From an uncultured bacterium (GTDB lineage: Bacteria > Babelota > Babeliae > Babelales > Vermiphilaceae): a stretch of 64,000 nucleotides of DNA. The DNA lies in assembly GCA_963713925.1 (NCBI GenBank), contig OY970212.1, forward strand, positions 608,001-672,000. The letters are read 5' to 3'. The notes beneath the pieces were generated by a model. It did not search any database. It saw nothing but the letters and a program-made list of their open reading frames with translations, and had not been told where the DNA came from. The position numbers were made by a program, and so were the translations under genes. Shown here in pieces: positions 36,812 through 47,473 of the stretch. Each line of letters begins with the position of its first letter. Positions within the stretch are counted from its first letter, which is position 1.

Positions 36812-37468
36812 ATGAAGCACAATACTGATAAATATAATGTAGCATGGTATCGGCTATCTGAATGTGTGGCAAAAGGTGAGCGTGAGCGTGCGCTTGGCAT
36901 GTATCGGCTGCTTGCCCATTCAATTGATAATCAAGCCTTGGTAAAACAGCTTGAGGGAGATATTTTGTATCTCTTTCACGATGAGATGGCCTTTGAGCGA
37001 TATAAAGAAGCCGCGCATCTCTATCGTGAGCGTGGTCACTATTTGCAGGCGCTTGCGCTCCTTGAACAAGTCGTTCAAACGCCCTGCGCAACACTCAAAG
37101 ATCGAGTCACTTTGATAGAACTTTATGGCAAAACAGGAGCCGAAGATCGCGCTGAGAATTATGCATTACAAGTCCAGGAGGACCTCATCAAGCGTGGAAG
37201 TATCGCGGAAACCATTCAATTGCTGTCCCTCATTTGCGCACATAGTAAATCAATTCTTGTGCCGGGAATCATGAGATTGTCGTGCGAAGATCTTGTGATG
37301 GTAGATAATAAGCATCTTTTGCCTCACTTGATTGGTTTGGCAGTTGAGCATATTCTCGCTCATTCTGATACGCATGCTCTCGATAGATTTGTGCAACATG
37401 TACGAGCGCATAATACGTATCTTTCTGACATTGCGCGAGAATATCTTGATAATCCCAAGTTAAAATAA
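36812..37468 (+). CDS. Helical, TPR-like hypothetical protein
   Basis: AAGGAG RBS; GDIL...AFERYKEAAHLYRERGHYLQALALLE. Confidence 0.7.
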   Translation: MKHNTDKYNVAWYRLSECVAKGERERALGMYRLLAHSIDNQALVKQLEGDILYLFHDEMAFERYKEAAHLYRERGHYLQALALLEQVVQTPCATLKDRVTLIELYGKTGAEDRAENYALQVQEDLIKRGSIAETIQLLSLICAHSKSILVPGIMRLSCEDLVMVDNKHLLPHLIGLAVEHILAHSDTHALDRFVQHVRAHNTYLSDIAREYLDNPKLK

Positions 37469-37472
37469 ATTT

Positions 37473-37503
37473 CTGCCTTCGCATAAAGCTATGGCGCAAC
37501 AGG
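37473..37503 (+). repeat. Family-B palindrome
   Basis: ctgccttcgcataaagctatggcgcaacagg. Confidence 0.65.
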
Positions 37504-37591
37504 ATGGCGGGAAAGGGCCGCTTGGGGGGCTCTAGATTTATAATTAAGAGCTTATATGAAAATTAAGCATTCTAAGTACAAAGGGTTGGTT

Positions 37592-37652
37592 GTCATGCTG
37601 AACTTGTTTCAGCATCCAGGTTAAGTAGATCCTGAAATAAATTCAGGATGAC
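37592..37652. repeat. REP-like doublet (family E) between convergent genes
   Basis: gtcatgctgaacttgtttcagcatc ... gatcctgaaataaattcaggatgac; two hairpins that are inverted copies of each other. Confidence 0.75.
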
Positions 37653-37689
37653 GTAGCAAAAAGGAACTTCTGGGATTTTCGGATAAGCT

Positions 37690-40600
37690 CTAAAGTGTGC
37701 ATCGACTCATAACATGATGAGAAGCAAGCGTGTTAAGAAGATCAAATGATACTGACACTTTCAATTGTGTGCTGATTGCAATTTGAACACTGTTTTCAGT
37801 CAAAGAAACGATCAATGGCACAGAGCCATTACTCAAAAGAGCTTTGATTGATTGTAACAGTGATGCATCTGCGCTGTCAGGAATGGACAACTCAATATGT
37901 GACATATCATTCCAGTGCTCAAAGAGAAGTTCTATTGGAACCATCTGGTTTGCTTTAATTTTACATTTTTGGACTGATGTGCCATCAACGCCGCCTTTGA
38001 CCAAGAAGACTTGGTGTGTTCCCAGCCACGGCTCAATTTTTTGATACAGTTTTGGAAACACAATAATTTCAGCCGTGTTAGAGCCATCTTCTAATGTCAA
38101 AAATGACATGCGCTCACCTTTTTTGGTGACAATATCCTTGCGTCCTTTTAATAACCCGGTTACGCAAACGACGGTTTCTTTATCGGGGGGGAGATTGATG
38201 CCAGCCGTAAGGGCCTGCTCAAAAGAGATTGTTTTGAAATAACGCAACTGATTTTGATATGTCTCAAGGGGATGCGAACTCAAGTAACATCCAATAACTT
38301 CCTGTTCTTTTTCTAATTTTTCTTTATCAGTAAATTCCGCGCGTTGCGCGAAGCCATATTCTTGTTGATCGGCACCTGGTTTTTTGAGCATGCCAAACAA
38401 ATCCATTTGACCGGTTAGTTCAGCTTTCTTTTGTGCGAGCGCCTGTTCGATAATGATTCCCAGTTCCTCAGTTTTTTGTGCGCGGTTGCCCGGAAGACCA
38501 TCAAGAGCTCCTGCCCAAATCAAATGTTCAATGACTCGTTTGTTTGCAGTGCGCAGATCAACTCGTTTGCAAAAATCGAGCATGCCGCTGAATGGTTTTT
38601 TATTTCGCTGTTCAATAACATTTTCAAGCGCGGCCAATCCAACATTTTTGATCCCCTGTAATCCAAACAGAATTTCCCTGTTGACTACGCTGAAATGAAT
38701 ATCAGATTTATTAATATCGGGGGCAACAATGGTAAGCCCCAAAGCTTTTGCCTCTTGGATGTAAAACACCATTTTCTCAGCGTTGGTTGCTTCAAGGGAG
38801 ATGAGGCATGCCAAGAATTCTGCCGGGTAATTTGCTTTCAAATAGGCGGTTTGATATGCAATAAGGGCGTAGGCGGCTGAGTGGGACTTATTAAAACCGT
38901 AGCCTGCAAAATATTCCATCAAATCAAACAGTTCACCGGCTTTTTTTGTATCAAATTGCTTTGATTGCGCACGTTCTAAAAATATGGCACGTTGTTTTGC
39001 CATCTCTTCAGCTTTTTTCTTACCCATTGCGCGGCGTAAAATGTCTGCTTCTCCAAGGGAATAGCCACCAATTGCTGATGCAATTTTCATAACCTGTTCT
39101 TGGTAGACAATCACGCCATACGTTTCTTGCAAAATCGGCTCAAGATCTGAAAATAGATATGAAATTTTTTGACGGCCATGGCGACGTTCGATATAATCGT
39201 CAACCATTCCAGAGCCAAGCGGCCCCGGTCGATAGAGTGCGTTAACGGCGATAATGTCTTCAAATTTATCCGGCTTGAGCTTGCGCAATACATCTTTCAA
39301 TCCATCAGATTCAAGTTGGAATACGCCTGACGTTTTTCCCTCGCAGATGAGTTTGAATGTTTTTTCATCATCAAGAGGCAGCTTATCAATATCAAGATCA
39401 ACGCCATGATTTTTTTTAATCATCGCAACTGCATGATCAATGAGCGTTAAGTTTTTGAGTCCCAAAAGATCGATTTTAAGAAATCCTAAACTCTCAAGCT
39501 CGGTCATGGCATATTGTGTGACGAGCTCATTCGTTTTTGGGGGCACATAAACCGGCAATACATCTTCAATCGGTTCGGGAGATATCACGATTCCGGCAGC
39601 ATGTTTTGACGCATGGCGTGTGATGCCTTCTAGGCGAAATGCAAGGTCAAAGAGTTTATGCGCACGGGGATTTTGCTCGATAAGTTCTTTCAGTCGCGGT
39701 TCTTGTTCAAGTGCTTCTGTGAGCGTTATTTTCAATTGCTCCGGGATGAGGTTTGTGATGCTGTTTGAATCTTCAAATGAAAACCCGAGCGCGCGCGCAA
39801 CATCTTTGATAACACCTTTTGCAAGCATGGTTCCAAAAGTGATGATTTGACACACCTTATCATGTCCGTAGCGATCACGAATGTATTGAATGACCCGTTC
39901 ACGCCCATTAATGCAAAAATCGATATCGATATCAGGCATGGTGATACGTTCAGGATTCAAAAACCGCTCAAAGAGCAAATTATATTTAATGGGATCGATA
40001 TTGGTGATTTCAAGGGTCCATGCAACGAGTGATCCGGCTGCCGATCCACGACCCGGGCCAACAGGAATTCCATTGCGTCGAGACCATTGAATAAAATCGG
40101 AAACAACTAAAAAATATCCAACAAATCCCATGGAAATAATGAGCTTGATTTCAAGTTCCAATCGATCTTTATACAATTCCTTTTGCGACACCGGAATGCG
40201 CCCTTGCGATACAAGCGTCTCAAATCCACGATAGCAGAGATGGCTGAAATAAGTCTCTGGAGTATGATCATCGGGAATTTGAAATTTTGGGAAAAAAAGT
40301 TTTCCTGTTTCAAAATCAAAGGTGCAGCGATCTGCAATTTTACCGCTGTTCCACACTGCTTCCGGACGGTCTTTGAAAATTTCTAGCATTTCTTCTTGGG
40401 TGCGCATATATACACGACAATCGCCAAAAGTATAGCGATCAGGATTGCTCATTTGATCATGCGTTTGAATGGCAAGCATGACCTCATGCGCTTCATGATC
40501 TTGCAGTGTTGGATAGTGGCAATCACCGGCTGCAACGAGCTGAATGTTTTTGCGCGCACTCCACTCATACAATCTTTGATTTAAAACGGCTTGCTCTTTT

Positions 40601-41136
40601 TGATCTTCCGGCTGCACTTCAAAATAAAAACGATCTGGTCCGAACACGCGCAAAAACCAGTCCATGCGATCTGCTGCCAGTTCATATTTTTCTTGCATGA
40701 GCAGTTGCGGGATATGTCCGCCCAGACATGCGGTGGTGACAATAAGGCCTTCGTTATATTTTTCAAGCAATTGATAATCGATTCGCGGTTTAAAATAAAA
40801 ACCCGCTTGAAACGAATATGATATGAGCTTGCACAGATTTTTATATCCGATCTGATTTTCAACAATAATCAACAAGTGATAGTATTTTTTTTCAGCATCT
40901 TTGATCGCAGTGTCTTCAGTTAAATATGCTTCAATGCCCAAAACCGGCTTGATACCGGCTTTTTTGGCCATCTGGAAGAATTTTACCGCACCGAAAATAT
41001 TGCCATGATCACTAATTCCAAGCGCCTTGACTTTGTTGTCTTTTCCAAACTTGATCAGCTTATCGAGCGTGATCGCGCCATCAAGGAGTGAATAGTCTGT
41101 ATGCAAATGAAGATGAGTAAAGTGTTGATTTGACAT
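37690..41136 (-). CDS. dnaE: DNA polymerase III alpha subunit
   Basis: HLHLHTDYSLLDG, GPGRGSAAGS, MPDIDIDF, YGFNKSHSAAY. Confidence 0.98.
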   Translation of the reverse strand: MSNQHFTHLHLHTDYSLLDGAITLDKLIKFGKDNKVKALGISDHGNIFGAVKFFQMAKKAGIKPVLGIEAYLTEDTAIKDAEKKYYHLLIIVENQIGYKNLCKLISYSFQAGFYFKPRIDYQLLEKYNEGLIVTTACLGGHIPQLLMQEKYELAADRMDWFLRVFGPDRFYFEVQPEDQKEQAVLNQRLYEWSARKNIQLVAAGDCHYPTLQDHEAHEVMLAIQTHDQMSNPDRYTFGDCRVYMRTQEEMLEIFKDRPEAVWNSGKIADRCTFDFETGKLFFPKFQIPDDHTPETYFSHLCYRGFETLVSQGRIPVSQKELYKDRLELEIKLIISMGFVGYFLVVSDFIQWSRRNGIPVGPGRGSAAGSLVAWTLEITNIDPIKYNLLFERFLNPERITMPDIDIDFCINGRERVIQYIRDRYGHDKVCQIITFGTMLAKGVIKDVARALGFSFEDSNSITNLIPEQLKITLTEALEQEPRLKELIEQNPRAHKLFDLAFRLEGITRHASKHAAGIVISPEPIEDVLPVYVPPKTNELVTQYAMTELESLGFLKIDLLGLKNLTLIDHAVAMIKKNHGVDLDIDKLPLDDEKTFKLICEGKTSGVFQLESDGLKDVLRKLKPDKFEDIIAVNALYRPGPLGSGMVDDYIERRHGRQKISYLFSDLEPILQETYGVIVYQEQVMKIASAIGGYSLGEADILRRAMGKKKAEEMAKQRAIFLERAQSKQFDTKKAGELFDLMEYFAGYGFNKSHSAAYALIAYQTAYLKANYPAEFLACLISLEATNAEKMVFYIQEAKALGLTIVAPDINKSDIHFSVVNREILFGLQGIKNVGLAALENVIEQRNKKPFSGMLDFCKRVDLRTANKRVIEHLIWAGALDGLPGNRAQKTEELGIIIEQALAQKKAELTGQMDLFGMLKKPGADQQEYGFAQRAEFTDKEKLEKEQEVIGCYLSSHPLETYQNQLRYFKTISFEQALTAGINLPPDKETVVCVTGLLKGRKDIVTKKGERMSFLTLEDGSNTAEIIVFPKLYQKIEPWLGTHQVFLVKGGVDGTSVQKCKIKANQMVPIELLFEHWNDMSHIELSIPDSADASLLQSIKALLSNGSVPLIVSLTENSVQIAISTQLKVSVSFDLLNTLASHHVMSRCTL

Positions 41137-41166
41137 AGCGTGGTTGATAAAGCTGATATGACTGAT

Positions 41167-41601
41167 TTACTTTTTATACTCATACATCGGGAGGACGTCA
41201 ATGCTTGGCTCTTCGTACGGATGAACTTCTTTAATGGCCGCTATCACTTGATCAAGAATAGTAATCGGACATGGCATTTGAATCGTTTCTTCGGGAACCA
41301 CTTCTAAAGTGCCTTTTTTCCCGATAGCCGGATTCGCTTTATCATTTGGTAAGAATCTGCCAAAGCCTTTATAGGAAAAACTGCAATGTGTATAGTTGCC
41401 AATAACTCCCGCCCCAGCCTTTCCCATTGCTTCTCGCACGGCATCCGCATGTTCTTCAGGAACAGTGACGACGACAGTCACCGTTGATGAAAATGGAAGC
41501 TGCGATCGTGAAGGCATTTTAGACATGAAAATAAATCCTATTATGCCCGTAAATACTAACCAAAAAATTATTATAAAGGGTATATTCATACTATGCCTCA
41601 A
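41167..41601 (-). CDS. Stand-alone NIF3/YqfO PII-like domain with an N-terminal hydrophobic helix
   Basis: AGAGVIGNYTHCSF, GRFLP...ANPAIG, VHPYEEP. Confidence 0.8.
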   Translation of the reverse strand: MRHSMNIPFIIIFWLVFTGIIGFIFMSKMPSRSQLPFSSTVTVVVTVPEEHADAVREAMGKAGAGVIGNYTHCSFSYKGFGRFLPNDKANPAIGKKGTLEVVPEETIQMPCPITILDQVIAAIKEVHPYEEPSIDVLPMYEYKK

Positions 41602-42488
41602 ACGATGTTTTGAATTTGTTCACGAATCTTTTCAAGCTCAACTTTGATGTTGATGGCATGTGAACTAATGGTAGCATCGGAGCATTTCGCCGTGATTGTG
41701 TTAATTTCTCTGCCGAGTTCTTGCAACGTAAAATCAAGTCGTTTGCCTTTTTCAATCGTTGAAGATTGTAACAATTTTTGTATCGCTTCTAAATGGCTTT
41801 TGAATCGAACAATCTCTTCATGAATATCAATCTTATCTAAATAAGCAAACAAAGCATTTTTTTGAGCATCGGCGAATTTGCTTTCATCGGTGCCCAGCTC
41901 TTTCATGGTTTGTGCGATTTTCTGCTTTTGAGCCTCAACAAGAGCGACTGACAGCGATTGTATAGTATCGATCTCTTTTTGAATGATACTCAAGCGATAG
42001 GTAATATCTTTTAAAAGAGTAGCGCCTTCTTTTTCTTGCGCCGTAATTAATTTTTGAATGGTACTCGCAATCAAGTTAAAAATGATCTGCTTCGACTTTT
42101 CATCAAGTGCAACTTCTTCTGAGGTGAAAACATTCGGTAATGTCACGAGTGTATCTATGGTAAGTGAACCCTCAGGATTGAATTCTTTTTTGATGTTCTT
42201 GACAGCATCAAGATAACCGGCAATCACTTCCAGAGAGGGTTCAACACGAGCTTTTAATACGTGCTGATTGCTCATGTTGATGCCGACAAACAGATTCCCA
42301 CGAATCAATTTCTCTTTCAGTAACGACTGAATGTCTGTTTCAAGCGAATTCAATGCGTAGGGGAGTTTGAATGTTGTTTCAAAAAAACGAGCATTCAGCG
42401 ACTTTAGTGAGAGGGTTAATTGTGATTTTGTTTTTTCATCACGAGAAAGCGTTGTCGTTTCTGTGGCAAATCCGGTCATACTGCGCAT
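41598..42488 (-). CDS. yicC: YicC/YloC-family endoribonuclease
   Basis: MRSMTGF, DIHEEIVRFKSH, GKRLDFTLQELGREINT, KIREQIQNI. Confidence 0.93.
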   Translation of the reverse strand: MRSMTGFATETTTLSRDEKTKSQLTLSLKSLNARFFETTFKLPYALNSLETDIQSLLKEKLIRGNLFVGINMSNQHVLKARVEPSLEVIAGYLDAVKNIKKEFNPEGSLTIDTLVTLPNVFTSEEVALDEKSKQIIFNLIASTIQKLITAQEKEGATLLKDITYRLSIIQKEIDTIQSLSVALVEAQKQKIAQTMKELGTDESKFADAQKNALFAYLDKIDIHEEIVRFKSHLEAIQKLLQSSTIEKGKRLDFTLQELGREINTITAKCSDATISSHAINIKVELEKIREQIQNIV

Positions 42489-42502
42489 TTTTCTTATTCT
42501 CC

Positions 42503-43216
42503 CTACTCCATATTGGCGTAAACGTTTTTGACATCTTCATGCTCTTGAACAGCGTCTAAAAACGCAACGACCTTTTCGGTTTGCTCAGGAGTGAGGCTTG
42601 TGGTATTTTTTGGGACCCATTCCATTTCGGCACTCTCGACTTTTAACCCTTTGTTTGCAAGGGTATTTTTGATTTTATCAAGTGCTTTTGGATCACAAGT
42701 GATAGTAAATATCCCCTCGGAACTTGATATGTCTTTAATCTCATAATCGAGTAACAATTCAAGCAGTTCATCTTCTGATGTTTTTCCGCTAACGCGAATG
42801 ACCCCGAGTCGTTCAAACATCCAGCTCACCGATCCAGTCTCGCCAAGCGTTCCGCCGTTGCTTGAAAAAAGGAAACGAAGTTCTGCGACGGTTCTATTTT
42901 TATTATCTGAAAGAGTTTCAAGCATGACGGCAACTCCATACGGGCCATAGCCCTCATAGGTGAATTCTTCATAGCTTTGTCCGGGAAGTTCACCGGTTCC
43001 TTTTTTGATTGCGCGTGTTGTGTTTTCAAGCGGCATGTTAATATCGCGCGCTTTATCCATTAAAAGGCGAAGCCGTGGATTACCGTCAGGATCGCCACCG
43101 CCCACGCGTGCTGCAACCGTAATTTCTTTGATTAATTTAGTGAATGCTTGTCCACGTTTTGCATCTTCTTTGGCTTTTTTATGCTTAATCGTCGCCCAAT
43201 GGGAATGCCCTGCCAT
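42503..43216 (-). CDS. yebC: YebC/PmpR-family protein
   Basis: MAGHSHWATIKHKK, YEGYGPYG, DNKNRT. Confidence 0.96.
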   Translation of the reverse strand: MAGHSHWATIKHKKAKEDAKRGQAFTKLIKEITVAARVGGGDPDGNPRLRLLMDKARDINMPLENTTRAIKKGTGELPGQSYEEFTYEGYGPYGVAVMLETLSDNKNRTVAELRFLFSSNGGTLGETGSVSWMFERLGVIRVSGKTSEDELLELLLDYEIKDISSSEGIFTITCDPKALDKIKNTLANKGLKVESAEMEWVPKNTTSLTPEQTEKVVAFLDAVQEHEDVKNVYANME

Positions 43217-43335
43217 GTGCAGTCCTCTCTAAAATTTCGATTCTGTTTGATAATGGTATTTGTTATATTCTTTATGGTATCCTGTAAATTAAATTCTGTC
43301 GATATGAAATCTGAGTGAGGCTTTCATTCACGATT

Positions 43336-43452
43336 GGGGTCCCCAATTGAGGGTCCCATGCGTAAGCCCGGCGATAGCATGGGTAAAGTGGGAGCGAAGC
43401 GAAGTTGGGCCCCATACGAAGCCCCTGAAGTATGGGTAAAAAGTTGGGGTAA
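43336..43452 (+). repeat. Triple nested family-A palindromes abutting an RBS
   Basis: Outer ggggtccccaatt...aagttggggtaa; inner copies at 43351..43387 and 43407..43440. Confidence 0.85.
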
Positions 43453-43471
43453 CAAAAAGGAGTATTTCGCT

Positions 43472-43711
43472 ATGAAATATTGTTGTATGCCATGTTCTAT
43501 CAAATCGCGCATGAGAACCATAGCATTAGTATTCATGCTGGTATGTTGTCCAAAGTCTGTTCAATCAAATCCACCGCTTCCAACAATCCCCGGTGAACAG
43601 ATTGTAAAAATGATTCCGTATGAAGCGGGGTGGCTGACAGTGTTTTCCGTTCTGAGTATATTATGGATTGGATATGCGATAAAGGGCGATTTTGAAGAAG
43701 ATGGAGAGTAA
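43472..43711 (+). CDS. Small membrane protein
   Basis: AAGGAG RBS before ATG 43472; C-terminal hydrophobic helix. Confidence 0.5.
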   Translation: MKYCCMPCSIKSRMRTIALVFMLVCCPKSVQSNPPLPTIPGEQIVKMIPYEAGWLTVFSVLSILWIGYAIKGDFEEDGE

Positions 43712-43732
43712 AAACTAAAAATACATCTCATT

Positions 43733-45760
43733 TTATTTTTTTCCCAAATCAGTTGAAACGAGTGACGTCGAAGCAGCAGCATGCGCAGTTGGGTTTTCAT
43801 TTTCTTTTATCTTCTTTTTTCCGTCTGCCAACTTTGCTCTTTCAATACTCAGATCAAAGTATGCTTTCAATGCTTTTTTCGCCATTTCATCATTTTTCGT
43901 GCTGATTTCGTGCCCTTCCGCCAGCCATCCCTTTAATCTTTTTTCATCCAGTGATGCTGCAAATTTCATAAGCTCCAATTGTATCATTTGATTAAGCATG
44001 CCTTTTTTATTGACTCTTTTTAGAATAGGGTTCGTCATCTCAGAGACAAATCGAATCAATGCTAACATGGTAAATGAAAGCGGATAAGCACTATTGTTAA
44101 AAAGAATAGGTAATTTCCATTTACCTGGCGACGGGAGAATTGCCGATTGTTCTGCAAAGATTTGATCAAACGGCCGCGCACATTGAACCGTTGCCCTTCT
44201 TATCCTTGTTGCAATATCATAAACAGAAATTGTTTTACCAGTATCAGAAAGAGCTGCAATATTCCTGTTGCCCAAAAAAGCTAAAGATTTCGCAGGACGC
44301 GTTTCTCCCTCTCCTTCTCTTCCCAATTGAAAGGCGGTTACATTCGATAAATCATTTAAATCATGTTCAAAAACTATCACGGGGACACGATCGACGAGTG
44401 CACTGAATGTAAACATGCTTGAAAAAGGATCTTTTGGAAAAGCGAGAGCCCGAGCATACGACGTAAGCGCCTGGGTATCAGGACTATTTTCTTTTGTTGC
44501 AATAGTATGCACCACAATTCTTCCATTCATTCCTAATGCAATGCATTTTTTTGAGTCATTCGAAAATCTGATGTCGGTTATCAAATCACCTACCGGAATA
44601 ACAGCCACATTAGTTTCAGAAATACGCCTAACAGCCATTTGGTTATCTTCTATCGCACGAGCAAGGTATTTACCATCAGGAGAAATATCAAATGCTTTCG
44701 ATGGACCACTCATTTCATAAAGCTTTATTGCGGGGTCGCCTGGAATCACAAGTGCGATTTTTTTCTTGTCTTGCGCAAGCAATAAAATTCGAGGATTACC
44801 AATTGAACTTACCCTAACTTTGTCGCCCGATACATCCGGATTCAGAGAAAAACTTATTGGTTTATCGTCATTTAAATTTAATATTAATTGCCTTCTGTCA
44901 TTATCTAAGGCGACCTTATAATTTCCTTTCGCAGAAACTGCGTATGACACGATGTCCTTACGATCTTCAACAAAATCAGGAGATTCAAGAATTATATCAT
45001 TTATGTCAGACGCTAAACGAGATTCTGTAGAAGAAGAAACAATTCCCTCATGATCAAGCAATTCTCGGGGGGAGATATTAAACCTTGCTCCCATGTAGAC
45101 TTTAAAAATATCCGGATCATACGTTTCAAAGGAAGTGAGATATGAAAAAAAGCTCTTTTTGAATCCTTTTTGATTGATAATTTTTTCATAAAAATCCCCC
45201 CATAGAAATCCGTCACGCCCGGTCTTGATATCAAGATCATGTACCGTTTTTAAAAGCCGCGTAGAGTCTTGCTCGTTCGTTGTCTTGGGAAAAACCGGTA
45301 TATTTGAAGACGCTGAACCAGAACCAAGAAGATTGTCATATATAAATTTAAAATCGTCGACTCTTACTCCCGGAAGATGAATTATCGGCTTGAGGTCGAT
45401 GTTTGTCTTCAGTTTATAACCATACTTTTTTCTCATTTCTTCATTTTCAGGCTTATTTAACTGAGCGTGAAGTTCTTTTGCCCGCTTCTCTTTTTCCTGT
45501 TGCTTTAACTTTGACAAAAAATAGAAAGGGCTTTCCATGTAGGCGCGACTCTCTATTCTTCTTTTCAGTGATTGTGACCCCGATAAAACTGATGTCTCTG
45601 CAACGGGAAACTCTCCATCAGTAAGTTTAATTTTAAATCGCTCGGGAATTTTTTTTGCAGTTATCTCACTCGCTTTTGGCTGGTCAGATTTCGCTTCCGG
45701 TCTATCGGCCGCATAAACAAATGAGTTCAAAAAAAGGAATGCAATAATATATTTTATCAT
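43733..45760 (-). CDS. Exported protein with a Skp1/BTB-like N-terminal region and a degenerate WD40 propeller
   Basis: FKIKLTDGEFPV...SQSLK, IHLPGV, FDISPDGKYLA, IRFSNDSKK; signal ending VYA. Confidence 0.65.
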   Translation of the reverse strand: MIKYIIAFLFLNSFVYAADRPEAKSDQPKASEITAKKIPERFKIKLTDGEFPVAETSVLSGSQSLKRRIESRAYMESPFYFLSKLKQQEKEKRAKELHAQLNKPENEEMRKKYGYKLKTNIDLKPIIHLPGVRVDDFKFIYDNLLGSGSASSNIPVFPKTTNEQDSTRLLKTVHDLDIKTGRDGFLWGDFYEKIINQKGFKKSFFSYLTSFETYDPDIFKVYMGARFNISPRELLDHEGIVSSSTESRLASDINDIILESPDFVEDRKDIVSYAVSAKGNYKVALDNDRRQLILNLNDDKPISFSLNPDVSGDKVRVSSIGNPRILLLAQDKKKIALVIPGDPAIKLYEMSGPSKAFDISPDGKYLARAIEDNQMAVRRISETNVAVIPVGDLITDIRFSNDSKKCIALGMNGRIVVHTIATKENSPDTQALTSYARALAFPKDPFSSMFTFSALVDRVPVIVFEHDLNDLSNVTAFQLGREGEGETRPAKSLAFLGNRNIAALSDTGKTISVYDIATRIRRATVQCARPFDQIFAEQSAILPSPGKWKLPILFNNSAYPLSFTMLALIRFVSEMTNPILKRVNKKGMLNQMIQLELMKFAASLDEKRLKGWLAEGHEISTKNDEMAKKALKAYFDLSIERAKLADGKKKIKENENPTAHAAASTSLVSTDLGKK

Positions 45761-45797
45761 GAAATTTCCCTTAAAAAATCCCTATTTTGTTATCAGC

Positions 45798-46823
45798 TCA
45801 CAATAATGTTCGTTGTCCCATAAAGCGCTGTTTTAAAAAGGGCAATGTTGCATGAGGGATTTGCCTACCGCGCGCGGTTTTTTCCAAATATCCCTTGCGC
45901 ATGAGATATGGTTCATAGACCGTTTCAATGGTTTCTTTATCTTCACCAATCATAGAAGCAATCGTTTCAAGCCCAACAGGGCCCCCCTGAAATTGCACAA
46001 CGATCTTTTCAAGAATCATAAGATCAACAGTGCTCAAGCCTTCACTATCGATACCCAAAAATGAAAGTGCTTGCCGCACAAATGCTTCATTCACCGCAAG
46101 TTCATTTTTTACTTGGGCAAAATCGCGCACACGTCGGAGTAACTTTTTGGCTATACGAGGCGTGCCCCGTGCCCCTTTAGCGATCATGAGAGCCGATTCA
46201 TGTGAAAGAGCAAAATCTAAAAACGAGGCACTTTGTAAAACAATCTGTGCCAAATCATCATCAGTATAATAATCAAGTCGTTCAATAATGCCAAAACGGC
46301 TATGCAGCGGAGCAGAAATCATACCGCTTTTGGTAGTTGCGCCCACCAAAGTGAATGGATTCACCGGCAAATTCATCGATTTAGCGCCCGCACCTTGGCC
46401 AATAATGATATCAACACGAAATTGTTCCATAGCGGTGTAGAGTACTTCTTCAACATTCGCGCTCATACGATGAATTTCATCGATAAATAAAATATCTCGC
46501 TTTTCAAGTGATGATAAAATGGCTACCAAATCGCCCGTTCGCTCAAGCATAGGGCCGGAACATATTTTAATACCGACGCCCATCACAGAAGCCATAATTT
46601 GCGAAAGTGTTGTTTTGCCCAATCCCGGAGGCCCAAAAAGAAGCAGGTGATCGAGTGGTTCGCCGCGCATTTTTGCTGCCTGCGTGTAGATATGTAATTT
46701 TTCTTTGAGGTCTTTTTGACCGAGATAGTGATCAAAAGTTGTGGGCCTAAACTCATGATGAGCTTCTTCCTGCGTTTGAGCAAAAGAAACAATATCTATT
46801 CCTTCAAATGATTCATTATTCAT
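45798..46823 (-). CDS. ruvB: Holliday junction helicase RuvB
   Basis: LLFGPPGLGKTT, FIDEIHR, RGTPRIA, YEPYL. Confidence 0.97.
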   Translation of the reverse strand: MNNESFEGIDIVSFAQTQEEAHHEFRPTTFDHYLGQKDLKEKLHIYTQAAKMRGEPLDHLLLFGPPGLGKTTLSQIMASVMGVGIKICSGPMLERTGDLVAILSSLEKRDILFIDEIHRMSANVEEVLYTAMEQFRVDIIIGQGAGAKSMNLPVNPFTLVGATTKSGMISAPLHSRFGIIERLDYYTDDDLAQIVLQSASFLDFALSHESALMIAKGARGTPRIAKKLLRRVRDFAQVKNELAVNEAFVRQALSFLGIDSEGLSTVDLMILEKIVVQFQGGPVGLETIASMIGEDKETIETVYEPYLMRKGYLEKTARGRQIPHATLPFLKQRFMGQRTLL

Positions 46824-47057
46824 GAGTAAGCCTCTTAATACAAATTACTTATTGCATTATCTTTGCTTAAGCATACTGAATTTGCGCACATACTTGAAGA
46901 GAAGATAGAGAGTCTGCAAATATAATAAAAGAAAGGAAGTACGCTTTAAAAGATTAACTTTGAAATTTTGTTCGGAAATTTGACAGGGCAACCATTTTTA
47001 AGGTGCGATTTAAATACCTTAATACCAATATTATCGGGCTCCCCAACGACTTGTCAC

Positions 47058-47081
47058 GCCATAGCCTTGGGGCGAAGGCTG
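47058..47081 (-). repeat. Family-B palindrome within a larger hairpin
   Basis: gccatagccttggggcgaaggctg inside ccccaacgac...gttgttgggg. Confidence 0.55.
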
Positions 47082-47122
47082 AAGCAGAGCGTTGTTGGGG
47101 CATGTTTACCGGGGAGAGCAGG

Positions 47123-47473
47123 ATGAAGAAGGTAGTAATGATACTCAACATCACCATGATAGGACTGACAACAATTGATGCGGCCGACAATGATTCTCAA
47201 TCAATGAATGCTGTTCAGCCAGATGATGAGAATAATCTTAAATTATATTTGGCAGTTGGTTTGGATAAAGTTCCTGATCAGTCTGATGGTGTCGATGCGA
47301 CACCTGATGCAATTGAAAATAGTAAAAAATTTTCTCTGAGATTTTCCAGAGGAAGGGTGAAATCAATGGATTTTTCCAAGAATGAATCGACCGTTCGAAG
47401 AAGTAAATCAATTCAAGAGCTCTTTCCAGAATTACAGTGGCCGGCACCTCAAAAAGATGAAAAAACAAAATGA
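47123..47473 (+). CDS. Small exported, probably disordered protein
   Basis: GGAG upstream; signal MKKVVMILNITMIGLTTIDA. Confidence 0.65.
   Translation: MKKVVMILNITMIGLTTIDAADNDSQSMNAVQPDDENNLKLYLAVGLDKVPDQSDGVDATPDAIENSKKFSLRFSRGRVKSMDFSKNESTVRRSKSIQELFPELQWPAPQKDEKTK

Noticed and set aside
37690..41136. Intein in DnaE
   Set aside because: Length (1148 aa) is ordinary and no splice-junction or LAGLIDADG motifs were seen.
43334..43471. N-terminal extension of ORF 43334..43711
   Set aside because: It is read through palindromic repeats; a clear AAGGAG RBS supports ATG 43472.
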